Positions 8,588-18,614 of a stretch of DNA of 62,052 nt are shown here, one piece after another. This DNA is from Candidatus Woesearchaeota archaeon (lineage in GTDB: Archaea; Nanobdellota; Nanobdellia; Pacearchaeales; GW2011-AR1), in assembly GCA_964372375.1 (NCBI GenBank), contig CAYJQF010000001.1:1-62052 (forward strand), given 5' to 3'. Both the position numbers and the translations under genes were made by a program. The notes below the pieces were generated by a model, which made no database searches, had not been told where the DNA came from, and was given only the letters and a program-made list of their open reading frames with translations. Every line of letters begins with the position of its first letter. The stretch's first letter is position 1.

Positions 8588-9241
8588 ATGCATCCTGAAA
8601 TTCAACAAAATATTCTGAAGTCAAATACAAGCATAGTAGGCATTGTATGTAAAGATGGAATTGTCATGGCAGCAGACCGGAGGGCAACTGCAGGCACTTT
8701 AATCATGAACAAAGACGCATTAAAGGTGCACAAGGTAAATGACTATCTTCTTGCTTCTTGGACAGGAGGAGTTGCAGATGCACAATTAACTCATAAAATA
8801 TTAGCTGCAGAGCTGAAACTTAAAGAGCTCAAAGCAAAAGTGCGTCCTACTATAAAAGAAGCAGCAAACTTGCTTGCGAACTTAATTTTTAGAAATATAC
8901 GAACACCATCAATGATTCCAAGTATCGTTGGAATGATTGTAGGCGGAGTAAATGAAGATGGAACAGCAGAATTATTCTCAATTGAGCCGGCGGGTAGCGT
9001 CATGAAAGTCAAGGATTATGATGCAAACTTCTCTTCAGGCATGCCCTATATCCTTGGTTTGCTTGAAAGAACATATAAGAAAGACCTCTCAGTAAAGGAA
9101 GGTGTTGAACTTGCAAAAGAATGTATCAAAGCTTCAACACAGCGCGATGTTGGTTCTGGCAATGGCATTGATGTATTTTCAATTACCAAAGAGGGCATTA
9201 AGCATGTCATCTCTGAAGAAATTGTAGCCGAATACAAGTAA
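8588..9241 (+). CDS. psmB: proteasome beta subunit
   Basis: A propeptide is followed by TSIVGIVCKDGIVMAADRRATAG (Ntn-hydrolase Thr1 context). Confidence 0.9.
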   Translation: MHPEIQQNILKSNTSIVGIVCKDGIVMAADRRATAGTLIMNKDALKVHKVNDYLLASWTGGVADAQLTHKILAAELKLKELKAKVRPTIKEAANLLANLIFRNIRTPSMIPSIVGMIVGGVNEDGTAELFSIEPAGSVMKVKDYDANFSSGMPYILGLLERTYKKDLSVKEGVELAKECIKASTQRDVGSGNGIDVFSITKEGIKHVISEEIVAEYK

Positions 9242-9257
9242 ATAGTTTATTGCAACA

Positions 9258-11138
9258 ATGGCAGATATTTTAAAAAGTATTAAAGAAGAATTACCTAAAA
9301 GTATAAGCGATGCTATGTTTGAAGGAGCAAATATCGTCCTTTACACTAGCGATAAAGAATTCTTTAAGACAGGAGAGCCAAAAGTCAAGCAAATTGTTGA
9401 TAAGATAAAGAAACGTATTGAATTACGGGCTGATAAAGAGGTACTTGCTTCAGAGGAAGAAACTGAGAAAACAGTTCGCGCTCTTGTTCCAGAAGAGGCA
9501 GGCATCACCAATATTATCTTTGATGTGCAACGCAGTACAGTGATTGTTGAAGCAAAGAAACCAGGGATAGTAATAGGAAAGCAAGGAGCGGTACTGTCAG
9601 ATATTAAGCGGGCGACATTATGGTCTCCAGTAGTCCAACGCAGCCCTGCTATTCCAAGCAAGATTACTGAGAAGATTCGTTCAGTGCTCTATGCGAATAA
9701 TAATTATCGAAGAAAATTCTTGAATGATATTGGCAAGAAGATTTACAACGATTGGAGCCCTGAAAAGATGGATATGTGGGTGCGGCTTACCTATCTTGGT
9801 GGAGGAAGGCAAGTGGGAAGATCTTGTTTACTCTTGCATACTCCAAACTCGAAAGTGCTCTTAGACTGTGGTATTAATCCGGCGTATGCAGAAGGCCAGG
9901 AACGTTTTCCCTACTTGAACGTATGCGAAATTGGAGATTTAAATTCAGTTGATGCAATTATTCTCTCGCATGCTCATCTTGACCATTCAGGCCTTATTCC
10001 TTATTTGTACAAAATGGGCTATAAAGGGCCGGTATATTTAACAGCGCCAACAAGGGATATTGCAGCCCTCCTTACTTTAGACTTTGTTGGTGTAGCGTAT
10101 AAGCAAGCAGCTTCTCCTCTCTATCGTGCAGAAGATATTAAGGAAATGGTACGACACTCAATTTGCCTTGAATATGGAGAAGTGACAGATATAACACCCG
10201 ATATTCGTATCACGCTCTATAATGCCGGCCATGTTCTGGGCTCAGCACAGGTGCACGTTAATATAGGTAATGGACTGCATAATTTTGTCTACGGAGCAGA
10301 TACGAACTATCGAAAAACAAGGCTCTTAGATCCTGCCGCAAATCATTTTCCGAGAGTAGAAACGCTTACTATCGAAGCAACATACGGTGGGAAAGAAAAT
10401 ACAATTCCACCGCGTCAAGAGTCAGAACAGCGCTTTCTGGAGTTGGTCAAAAAAACAATTGCACGTAACGGAAAGATTTTACTGCCTGAACTTGGATTAG
10501 GGCACGCACAGGAAACTCTCTTGCGTGTTGAAGAAGCAATTCGGTTTGGAGAACTGCCGCCAGTGCCCGTCTATCTTGACGGCATGCTTTGGGATATCAA
10601 CGCAATTCATACCGTTTATCCCGATTTTCTTTCCGCAAGCGTACGGAATCAAATTTTTCAGGATAATAACCCCTTTGTTTCCGATGTCTGCAAACGTGTG
10701 GGAAGTCCGGCAGAACGCAAAGAGGTGATTGAAGGAGGTCCCTGTATTATCATTGCGACATCAGGCATGTTAGTAGGCGGAGCGTCTGTTGAATATTTCA
10801 AAAATCTTGCAGGTAGTCAAGCAAACCTCATTGTCTTTGGTTGTTATCAGGCGCTCGGTTCATTAGGAAGACAGGTGCAAGAGGGAGGCAGGGACTTTTT
10901 TATTGATGGAGAGAAAGTGCAGGTTGCTATGGAAGTAGAAACCATCAGCGGATTCTCAGCACACTCAGGTCGCAATGAACTACTCCAATACGTGAGCAGA
11001 ATGCTGCCCAAACCTAAGAAAATTGTCGTGAATCATGGAGAAGTTTCCAGATGCCTTGACCTCGCTTCAAGCCTCTATAAACTCAACCGTGTAGAAACAC
11101 TAGTGCCGAGAAACCTGGAAACCATCAGGTTAAAGTAA
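9258..11138 (+). CDS. aCPSF1-type KH / metallo-beta-lactamase / beta-CASP ribonuclease
   Basis: 626 aa with an N-terminal KH-like region (VIVEAKKPGIVIGKQGA), the HAHLDHSG motif and a beta-CASP C-terminal region. Confidence 0.9.
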   Translation: MADILKSIKEELPKSISDAMFEGANIVLYTSDKEFFKTGEPKVKQIVDKIKKRIELRADKEVLASEEETEKTVRALVPEEAGITNIIFDVQRSTVIVEAKKPGIVIGKQGAVLSDIKRATLWSPVVQRSPAIPSKITEKIRSVLYANNNYRRKFLNDIGKKIYNDWSPEKMDMWVRLTYLGGGRQVGRSCLLLHTPNSKVLLDCGINPAYAEGQERFPYLNVCEIGDLNSVDAIILSHAHLDHSGLIPYLYKMGYKGPVYLTAPTRDIAALLTLDFVGVAYKQAASPLYRAEDIKEMVRHSICLEYGEVTDITPDIRITLYNAGHVLGSAQVHVNIGNGLHNFVYGADTNYRKTRLLDPAANHFPRVETLTIEATYGGKENTIPPRQESEQRFLELVKKTIARNGKILLPELGLGHAQETLLRVEEAIRFGELPPVPVYLDGMLWDINAIHTVYPDFLSASVRNQIFQDNNPFVSDVCKRVGSPAERKEVIEGGPCIIIATSGMLVGGASVEYFKNLAGSQANLIVFGCYQALGSLGRQVQEGGRDFFIDGEKVQVAMEVETISGFSAHSGRNELLQYVSRMLPKPKKIVVNHGEVSRCLDLASSLYKLNRVETLVPRNLETIRLK

Positions 11139-11170
11139 AGAGTTAAAAACCTCTTTGGCATTTGAAAAGT

Positions 11171-12091
11171 ATGAAACATTCTTGGAAAATAATAGCCCTT
11201 TTGCTGGGCATGTTCTTGCTTGCACAACTCATAGGCCTTGGCGTTATTCATGCATATAAACCGATCTTACAGAGCACTATTGTAAACGGAACACAGGTTA
11301 ATACTACTCTCTATCATTTACCCTATGGCTTTGAACCGCCACAAAATACGTCGCCTCGGACAAATACGCTTTCTATTATTATTGCATTTGTTATCGCTGT
11401 AGTGTTAATACTTGTTTTAATTACAGTTCGCGCTGAGCTAGTGTTGCGATTCTGGTTCTTTACTGTAGTTGTCATAGCGTTGAGTATTACGTTAAATGCT
11501 TTCTTAAAAGAATATACTCCTTTCTCTGCTCTTGTTTCTTTTATACTTGTACTTCCCTTAGGATTTTTAAAAGTCTTTAAGCGCAATATTCTGATACACA
11601 ATATCACTGAAGTCTTTATCTATCCAGGGTTAGCAGCGGTTTTTGTCCCGCTTCTAAGCGTTTGGACTACCGGTTTGCTCTTAATTTTTATTTCAGTGTA
11701 TGATGTCTATGCGGTCTGGCATGCTACATTTATGTTAAAAATGGCAAAATATCAGATTCAAAAACTGAAGGTATTTTCCGGATTCCTTGTTCCTTACTTG
11801 AGTAAAAAAGAGAGGAGACTCTTTGAGCAGACTAGAAGTCTCAAAGCAAAGAATAAAAAAGTTAAAGTAAGCGTTGCTATCTTAGGAGGAGGAGATGTCG
11901 TCTTTCCTCTTATACTTGCAGGTGTCGTTCTCAATACCTTCTCGCTACTACCTGCATCTATCATTGTTTTAGGGGCAACCATCGCGCTGGGAACACTCTT
12001 TTACTTCTCGGAAAAAGGCAAGGCATACCCTGCCATGCCCTTTATTACTGCGGGATGTTTTATTGCTCTCGGCATTGTATATCTTATTTAA
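11171..12091 (+). CDS. presenilin / signal-peptide-peptidase-like intramembrane aspartyl protease
   Basis: Polytopic membrane protein with YD (SVYDVYAVW), GxGD (LGGGDVVFP) and a PAL-like motif (YPAMPF). The ATG at 11171 is preferred over the TTG at 11162. Confidence 0.8.
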   Translation: MKHSWKIIALLLGMFLLAQLIGLGVIHAYKPILQSTIVNGTQVNTTLYHLPYGFEPPQNTSPRTNTLSIIIAFVIAVVLILVLITVRAELVLRFWFFTVVVIALSITLNAFLKEYTPFSALVSFILVLPLGFLKVFKRNILIHNITEVFIYPGLAAVFVPLLSVWTTGLLLIFISVYDVYAVWHATFMLKMAKYQIQKLKVFSGFLVPYLSKKERRLFEQTRSLKAKNKKVKVSVAILGGGDVVFPLILAGVVLNTFSLLPASIIVLGATIALGTLFYFSEKGKAYPAMPFITAGCFIALGIVYLI

Positions 12092-12243
12092 GAACTTGTT
12101 ACACTAGCAACAATAGAGCCAATCACTTGTTTCTCTGCTTTACCAAGAGTTTCTTTTATTGCAGTGCCGCGCTCCTGCCAGGATTCTCGTGTTCCTGCTA
12201 AGTCAGATGCGAGGACGACTCCAGGCGTACCTTTTTGAGCCAT
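12088..12243 (-). CDS. possible 51-aa protein
   Basis: MAQKGTPGVVLASDLAGTRESWQERGTAIKETLGKAEKQVIGSIVASVTSS, verified codon by codon. A TATA-like ATTTAAAAGG lies about 40 nt upstream. It is below the ORF-track cutoff and no family was recognised. Confidence 0.3.
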   Translation of the reverse strand: MAQKGTPGVVLASDLAGTRESWQERGTAIKETLGKAEKQVIGSIVASVTSS

Positions 12244-12357
12244 TATTCCTATAATCGTAGTTAGTTGCAGGACCCCTTTTAAATCTTATCATTTTGTTGT
12301 AACTATATCATAGCAACAAGGAGAAAGGTTTATATACCCTGTATTTATCACTGGAAC

Positions 12358-13155
12358 ATGATAATTAAACTTGAATTGGTCAAAAGAATCAAGGAATACT
12401 TCAATTTGAATATTTATGAAACCAAAGTCTGGCTGGCTCTGCTTTCAAAAGGCATTGCTTCTGCTGGTGAGGTAGCAGAAATATCAAACGTGCCTCGTTC
12501 ACGAACATATGATGTCCTGGAAAGCTTGGAAAAGCGAGGATTTGCTATCGTTAAGATTGGCAAGCCGGTCAAGTACATTTCAATTAAGCCTACTGAAGTG
12601 ATTGAGAAGATGAAGAGTGAAACCATGCAGGAAGCGCATGAAAAAGTAAAATCACTTACAACGTTAAAGGAAACTTCTGAATATACCGAACTCGAACAAT
12701 TACATACCTCTGGTATTTCCCCGATCAGGTCACAAGAGATTACCGGCTCATTAAAAGGCCGTTCTAATGTGCTCTCAAAAATCCGCGATTTGATTGAAAA
12801 TTCAGAAAAAGAAGTCTTAATCTGTACTTCTGCTTTGGACTTTGAAGATAAGAGCAGAGTGCTGGTACCAGCAATTGAAAAGCTGAACAAGAATAATATT
12901 AGAGTGAAGATTGCTCTTGCAGGCGAGCCTGATAAGATTAAGAAAGTCTGCAACAAATACAATATCAAGGCACGATCAGTAGACGCAAAAGCGCGGTTTT
13001 TCATTGCTGATAAGAAGCAAACCTTGCTGATGATTACTCCAGAACATGCGGAAGAGGAAATAGGTATCTGGCTCAATTCAGAGTTTTTCACTGAGTCTTT
13101 AGCAAGTATTATCGAGAGGACATTAAAGACTACTGCCCTGGAAATTAAGAGTTAG
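12358..13155 (+). CDS. TrmB-family transcriptional regulator
   Basis: N-terminal winged-helix pattern YETKVWLALLSKGIASAGEVAEISNVPRSRTYDVLESLEKRGF, plus a TrmB-type C-terminal domain. Confidence 0.8.
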   Translation: MIIKLELVKRIKEYFNLNIYETKVWLALLSKGIASAGEVAEISNVPRSRTYDVLESLEKRGFAIVKIGKPVKYISIKPTEVIEKMKSETMQEAHEKVKSLTTLKETSEYTELEQLHTSGISPIRSQEITGSLKGRSNVLSKIRDLIENSEKEVLICTSALDFEDKSRVLVPAIEKLNKNNIRVKIALAGEPDKIKKVCNKYNIKARSVDAKARFFIADKKQTLLMITPEHAEEEIGIWLNSEFFTESLASIIERTLKTTALEIKS

Positions 13156-13157
13156 GA

Positions 13158-14432
13158 TTATTCTACTTGCGCGTGCATACAGCCCATCGCTTCTAGTTGT
13201 TTTTTATGTTCGATAAGAAATTGTTTAATAAAAGTACGAGAGGGGAGAAGAAGTACGTGAGCGTATACTCTCCCTCTTTTTACAAATATGTTTTTATTCT
13301 TTTTTTTAAAGAGAGCAGCGTGTTTTTTCATTGAAAGAGGAGGGCCAGTATGCAGAACATTTTTTTTGGGAGTAAGCAAAAGATAGTACAAAGCACTTTG
13401 CTTGCCATCATATACAAATACTGATTTAGCAAGGGTATAATTCCGTGTACTTCCCTGTGCTATAAAGTCAGTCGCTTTCTTCAGCTTCGTTCCAGCAATA
13501 TCCCCTTCCTGCCGGTCAGTTTGAAGCCGAAGCATGACAAGATTCGCCTTCCTGCGTTTTGCTTCTTTTTCTAGTTCTTCTTTAGTTACCTCTTGTCTAA
13601 TAAAGAAAGAAAGAGACGGTTTTTTCAAATATGCTTGTATTGTCCTTTGCAGCTTCTGAAAGGTTTCTTGAGAGAGGGCACTTGCTACATTTCGATCCTT
13701 GCAGGTAGGATCAACCAGGACAAGCGGTCCTTGTATTTTACTTTCATTTAATTCCAAGAGCGCTGCATGTGGTGAAGTATAGTGCTTGTTAGGGTCTATA
13801 ACAAGTTTTTCTTTTGTCTGTGCAAGCGTCCGTACAAGTGCAGCAAAATTTTTATACTTAATGATAAGACATTCGAGCGCATATCCTGAAAGACCCTGAA
13901 TCCAGCTTTCTGCCCCATATGCTCCCTGTGCTTCGCAAAACGCTTTCGCGAGCACTACTTCCCTCGCTAATGCTTGAGTAAGCAGCTTTTTTACATATCG
14001 TACATGAAAATAGCTCAAGTCAGTTACATTTTCTGCTTTATCAGGCCGAGTAATATTAAGCACCGGAATAAGCTCAAATATAAGATTTTGATTCTGAATA
14101 AGCTGAAAATAGTCTCTGCTTCCATGAATACGTTTGCTCGGGATATGTAGTCGCTTTGAAACTTTCTGGACGAGGCGAGCGCATTGTTCAGTCAGAAAGT
14201 GTCCGGTGCGGAACCTGAGATAAATATCAATATCATACTGCTTCTTTTTCATCATTGTTCGTTTTGCGAAGCTTCCTCCTACAAAGACCTTTGCAGGTAT
14301 TTTTGTTTTTTTCAGCTCTTTGTTAAAGGCGTTTACAAGACGAGCAGTTTCCTGCGCAAGGTACTGATATTCCTGATGAGAGGGAGCGAGCGCTAACTTC
14401 TCAACTATGTTTATTCTTTCTACCATATACAA
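13158..14432 (-). CDS. cca: archaeal (class I) CCA-adding tRNA nucleotidyltransferase
   Basis: VGGSFAKRTMMKKKQYDIDIYLRF is the G-S..DxD nucleotidyltransferase motif. Size about 420 aa. The TATA ATTTAAATA at about 14454 favours a start at 14432 or 14426. Confidence 0.75.
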   Translation of the reverse strand: MYMVERINIVEKLALAPSHQEYQYLAQETARLVNAFNKELKKTKIPAKVFVGGSFAKRTMMKKKQYDIDIYLRFRTGHFLTEQCARLVQKVSKRLHIPSKRIHGSRDYFQLIQNQNLIFELIPVLNITRPDKAENVTDLSYFHVRYVKKLLTQALAREVVLAKAFCEAQGAYGAESWIQGLSGYALECLIIKYKNFAALVRTLAQTKEKLVIDPNKHYTSPHAALLELNESKIQGPLVLVDPTCKDRNVASALSQETFQKLQRTIQAYLKKPSLSFFIRQEVTKEELEKEAKRRKANLVMLRLQTDRQEGDIAGTKLKKATDFIAQGSTRNYTLAKSVFVYDGKQSALYYLLLTPKKNVLHTGPPLSMKKHAALFKKKNKNIFVKRGRVYAHVLLLPSRTFIKQFLIEHKKQLEAMGCMHAQVE

Positions 14433-14462
14433 GTAAAGCAGAAACGCTATTTAAATTAATCT

Positions 14463-14834
14463 TTAAGCATCGGGTATCTGTATATCAACAATATATTTAC
14501 CATCTTCAAGCTGGTAGATTTTTGGTTTTGCTTTTGAAAACAATTTAGGCAGGTCAATGGCATACTTTCCTGGCTTCATGACACGGACACTTTCAAAATC
14601 AAGGAATACCGGAGTCTCCTCGTCTTCAATGCCGGTAAGCTCTCGCACTTCTTCTTCGATCTGGACTTTCTCAGCTTCGCTTAAAGGAACTTCGTGCTGC
14701 ATTTGTTGCAGAATTTCCTTTACCTTCTCTTCTTTCATATAAAAGAAGAACTTGCTGCCGCATCTGCAGCCATCAAGGACTTGCTGGGCCTCATCAGCAT
14801 ACAAAGCGGAGCAATGGACACAACGGTAGGGCAT
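14463..14834 (-). CDS. Zn-ribbon protein of the archaeal GTPase-associated trio
   Basis: MPYRCVHCSALY..CRCGSKFF (CxxC..CxC), followed by an acidic region. It is co-directional with the two genes upstream of it. Confidence 0.6.
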   Translation of the reverse strand: MPYRCVHCSALYADEAQQVLDGCRCGSKFFFYMKEEKVKEILQQMQHEVPLSEAEKVQIEEEVRELTGIEDEETPVFLDFESVRVMKPGKYAIDLPKLFSKAKPKIYQLEDGKYIVDIQIPDA

Positions 14835-14874
14835 GCTTTAAAGAGAGGAGAGGGCTTAATAAACTTTTATTTAC

Positions 14875-15261
14875 TCAACTTAGCAATAATTCAATTTTCT
14901 TAGGATCTCGCTTAATATCTTTAATGACTGCAGCAGGGCCGATTACAGTAATAGCATTGCTGTCTCCGACTAGTCGTTTCGCAATCCTATATTTCATTTT
15001 ACCAAGCAAAGACTCATGCTTCATATCAGGTTCAATAACGGCCAGCTCAATACCTTTAAACTTCTTTACATGATCAACCAGCGCCATGGTATCTTCAATC
15101 AATCTGGCTTCCTCTTCCGCCCGCAACCTTCCATGTAAAATCACAATTTTGTTGCTTAAGATGAGGTTAAGAATTTTTTTTACACGTTCTGAGATGCCGA
15201 GCTCTTTAACTTCGGAAAAAGGGATTACCTGTAGACTCAATCCTTTAATTTTTTTTGTCAT
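14875..15261 (-). CDS. conserved archaeal protein (DUF2073-like, by recall)
   Basis: 128 aa with HGRLRAEEEARLIEDTMALVD..FKGIE. There is a 1-nt gap to the GTPase gene upstream. Confidence 0.5.
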   Translation of the reverse strand: MTKKIKGLSLQVIPFSEVKELGISERVKKILNLILSNKIVILHGRLRAEEEARLIEDTMALVDHVKKFKGIELAVIEPDMKHESLLGKMKYRIAKRLVGDSNAITVIGPAAVIKDIKRDPKKIELLLS

Positions 15262-15262
15262 G

Positions 15263-15901
15263 TTATACTTTTTTTGCGAGTCTAAATAGTGACTCGTAAA
15301 AATCTGCCATATACAGTCCTTCTTTAGCTGAGATTCCTATAACTTCATATTCAGGAAATGCAGTCTCGACTTTCTTCACATCTGCTTTTCTCAGGTCAAT
15401 CTTATTGGCAGCAATAAGCACAGGTATACTCCGTGCTACTAAATTGCCGATAATAGTGATATTTACCTGCGAATATGGATTTTCAGTTGCATCAAGCACA
15501 ATGACCACTGCATCCATATCATCGAGCCACTGGATAGACTCAATAATCCCTTGTGTCGCTTCTTTGGCGCGTTTTTTAGCTTCTCCTTTTTTAACTCCAT
15601 ACTTGAGAAAATCTTCATAGTCAATTTTAGTGGCAATACCTGGTGTATCTACCATCTTGAAAACAAGCGTTTTTCCTTTGTGCTTGATTTCTACTCGTTC
15701 TTTAAACTGCACATGTCTTGTTTCATGGGGAATCCTGCTTACAACACCAATTTCCTCCCCAGTCCAGTCTTTACAGATTCTATTTGCAAGACTTGTCTTT
15801 CCTGCATTTGGCGGTCCATAGAAACCAATCTTAATTGCCTGCTTGCGGCCAAATATTCTGGCGAGCATGCGCCTTGAGAAATTCTTGATTATTTTAAACA
15901 T
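15263..15901 (-). CDS. small GTP-binding protein
   Basis: G1 GPPNAGKTS, G3 DTPG, G4 NKID, G5 SAK. 212 aa. Confidence 0.85.
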   Translation of the reverse strand: MFKIIKNFSRRMLARIFGRKQAIKIGFYGPPNAGKTSLANRICKDWTGEEIGVVSRIPHETRHVQFKERVEIKHKGKTLVFKMVDTPGIATKIDYEDFLKYGVKKGEAKKRAKEATQGIIESIQWLDDMDAVVIVLDATENPYSQVNITIIGNLVARSIPVLIAANKIDLRKADVKKVETAFPEYEVIGISAKEGLYMADFYESLFRLAKKV

Positions 15902-15906
15902 AGGTG

Positions 15907-18576
15907 TTAGACTCCTGGTCTTTTAATAAATCTTCCGTCGCCCCCTTTTTGCTGCCTTTTTGCAATTTCTGCCTGAATTTTTTCTTGTTCTCTCTTCCTA
16001 AAGAGGGGAATTTCATACATTCCTGTCCGCTTTCCGTCAAGCTTATTGAAAGCATATATTATTTGTTCACTTCTCCATCCTGTTTCGCTCAGCTTTCTGC
16101 GTATTACAGCATCCGATAAGGTTGCAATTCTTGAATTATGTATAAACGTGATGCTATTATACAAATCATCTGGATTTTTGAATAAGTATGCTTCATAATG
16201 TTTCTTGTACCATTCTTGTAATACAATATATAACGTAAAAATAAGGATAAGTGCAAGGGAACTCCATAAAAGAATCCATTCAAGAGGCAAGCGAGGGTTA
16301 GTAGTTTCTTGCGTGCTGTATGTTCCTAGGACTGGAATGAGTGGAGAAAGGTACATCCCTAACTGCGTAATGTCTTGTTCTCCAGCAATGAAGAAGCTGA
16401 CACTGCTTTCATTCGTTAAAAGAGCAGTGCCAGACGAAGAGTCTCCCGCAAGTGCTCGTTGTCCATAGTTTTTCATAAAAGTAATCTCATCTGCAGGATA
16501 ATCAATGATGAAATATGCCTCGCTTGTATTTTGCGCCTGTTTGTTGAAAGTAACAGTAAAAAAAGTGAGTAAGGGAGTATCTTGACTAAGAGCATCTCTA
16601 AGGGTAATGACTTCGAAATCAATACGAGGAGCATAATTTTGCTGTATCCAGTAAATGATGTTCGACTTGAGTTCATCGCGTTTATTATTAGAAATATTGT
16701 ATTGAGAAAGTGCTTCTATATATGATATATCAATTCCTTCAAGGCCAAGTGCCAAAGGAAGGGTACCCTTTCGCTCGCTCGCTAATCCTTCAGGAATCCG
16801 TAACGCGAGCAAAGAGGTTATCAGTTCACTGTATTGAGCATCGCTTGCGTTGCTTGCAACAGTAAGAGTAGCAAGTTCGGCATGTAATTGAGAACTATTA
16901 ATATTCTGTTTGAGGAGCGGCTGTATCCAACGAGGGTAACTTTCAATTTGAAAGCTGAGATTAGCGACGCGCGTGTTTAAAAGTGCAAGCAGTCGCTCTG
17001 CTGACTCGCGTGCATTTCCAGCATAGAGTGTAAACTTTTGTGTGATACTTAAACCTCTATCACTAGTAAGCGTAACTTCTATCGTATAGTTGCTCGTGTT
17101 TGTATACGTATGGCTTACTATCTTTCCTTGTGTAACTAGTTGAGAGCCATCGCCAAACTTCCAGATAGCAGCGGTAATGTTTTCATTGGTTAGCGCAACA
17201 AATGTGGTTGGAGTGCCTAAGAACGCGAATCGCGGTGTAATCGTGAAATTAAATCCAGGGGAAATGGTTAATGCTAAAGAGGTGTTAAAAATACGTTTGC
17301 CTTGCAAATACAGGTCAAACTTTTTTTGTGAGGTAGTCAAAGGAATAGTAAACTGTGCTGGTGCAAGGTCTATAGTTACACGCGGTGCAGAAATACTTGC
17401 ATTGGTTACATAGATCTTGTTGAGCTTCCGGTAGGTTTTTACGTTGCCCGGAGTTGCTTCATATACAATCGACGCATTAGTAAAAGTGAGCGTCTGGTGG
17501 ATTCCGGTAAAAGTAAAGGGCAGTATGCAGCCACCAGTACAATTGCGTCCGTAGGTTTGTTCTATATAGTCATCAAGATAGGATCCGAAATCTTCATGTT
17601 CAATATTTTGATACGCTTGCTTGATACTTAAGTCGTGGAGAGTACTGTACGGCAACGGGCGGGTAAAGAGCTCATAGTCAAAAACGGCTTCCTGTGATCC
17701 GAGCAGATTTGCTGTTCCACAGATTGCTCCTGACTCTTCAGCGCGAATTTGATACGTTGCACTATTTGAACTTGAAGAGAGACAAACAAAGTAATTTCCT
17801 GAATGAGTCACGGATCGATTTACAACACAGCTTACTTCTTGCATTTCCTGTTGTAACAGCGGCAAGGTACAATCGCCTACATAGGCAGTTTCATTATCAT
17901 AGAGCTCCATTTTCAGGACGGCGAGGTTTGTGGTAGTATTTTTTACCAGTGCACCAAGTTCATATGCAGGCGCTGGTTCAAGATGAACGCGTTCACATAA
18001 ACCTTGTTCGGTTACTTTCAGGGAAGAATAGCTATTTTCTGGTAAGGAAGGACTGAAACAACCATAGTTTTTTGCTTTGGTGCAAAGGTAGCCAGCACTA
18101 AACTGTGTATTCTGAACGTAGGTCTTTCCTTGGTCAAGCAAATCAATGAGTAGTTGTCGAGTACAAGAAACACCGCTATCACTGTTAATGAGAAAATCAG
18201 CATCCTGAATGTATACTTCTCTTCCGGTGATATTGAAACCAATAAGCTGCGCATTATCGATGCTCGTGCTTGTGATTTCTCCTTCCCGCATCCCATAGGT
18301 ACGTTGGCAGCCAGGTACACTACAGGTATAATCACTCCCTTCTACAAGGTTATTGCGTTTCAAGAGTTCCAATAACGTTATAGAGCCATTAAAGGTGCTC
18401 GTGAGTACTGAAGAAGCGGGTTCATGGTTTAATTGTAACTCTAGAGAACCCTTGATACTGCTTCCTCCCCCATAATCACGATCTATATGCTCATCAAGAA
18501 AAGTAAATGTTGCAGCTACCTCAGGCAGTAAGAAAAGACAGCAAACTAAGAAACAGAGCACACTTGCTTTTTTCAT
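15907..18576 (-). CDS. large membrane-anchored surface protein with PKD-like domain
   Basis: Signal peptide MKKASVLCFLVCCLFLLPEVAA. PKD-like WKFGDGSQLVTQGKIVSHTYTNTSNYTIEVTLTSD (about 17020-17180). Many NxS/T sequons. C-terminal TM LLWSSLALILIFTLYIVL followed by a cytoplasmic tail. The TATA lies about 24 nt upstream. Confidence 0.75.
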   Translation of the reverse strand: MKKASVLCFLVCCLFLLPEVAATFTFLDEHIDRDYGGGSSIKGSLELQLNHEPASSVLTSTFNGSITLLELLKRNNLVEGSDYTCSVPGCQRTYGMREGEITSTSIDNAQLIGFNITGREVYIQDADFLINSDSGVSCTRQLLIDLLDQGKTYVQNTQFSAGYLCTKAKNYGCFSPSLPENSYSSLKVTEQGLCERVHLEPAPAYELGALVKNTTTNLAVLKMELYDNETAYVGDCTLPLLQQEMQEVSCVVNRSVTHSGNYFVCLSSSSNSATYQIRAEESGAICGTANLLGSQEAVFDYELFTRPLPYSTLHDLSIKQAYQNIEHEDFGSYLDDYIEQTYGRNCTGGCILPFTFTGIHQTLTFTNASIVYEATPGNVKTYRKLNKIYVTNASISAPRVTIDLAPAQFTIPLTTSQKKFDLYLQGKRIFNTSLALTISPGFNFTITPRFAFLGTPTTFVALTNENITAAIWKFGDGSQLVTQGKIVSHTYTNTSNYTIEVTLTSDRGLSITQKFTLYAGNARESAERLLALLNTRVANLSFQIESYPRWIQPLLKQNINSSQLHAELATLTVASNASDAQYSELITSLLALRIPEGLASERKGTLPLALGLEGIDISYIEALSQYNISNNKRDELKSNIIYWIQQNYAPRIDFEVITLRDALSQDTPLLTFFTVTFNKQAQNTSEAYFIIDYPADEITFMKNYGQRALAGDSSSGTALLTNESSVSFFIAGEQDITQLGMYLSPLIPVLGTYSTQETTNPRLPLEWILLWSSLALILIFTLYIVLQEWYKKHYEAYLFKNPDDLYNSITFIHNSRIATLSDAVIRRKLSETGWRSEQIIYAFNKLDGKRTGMYEIPLFRKREQEKIQAEIAKRQQKGGDGRFIKRPGV

Positions 18577-18614
18577 ACTTCCTTGAATAACCAGTTCTTT
18601 AAAAAGATACCGTA

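Noticed and set aside
12414-13091. 225-aa ORF on the minus strand
   Set aside because: It is entirely antisense to the well-supported TrmB-family gene. The product is Ser-rich with no recognisable domain, so it is a typical shadow ORF.
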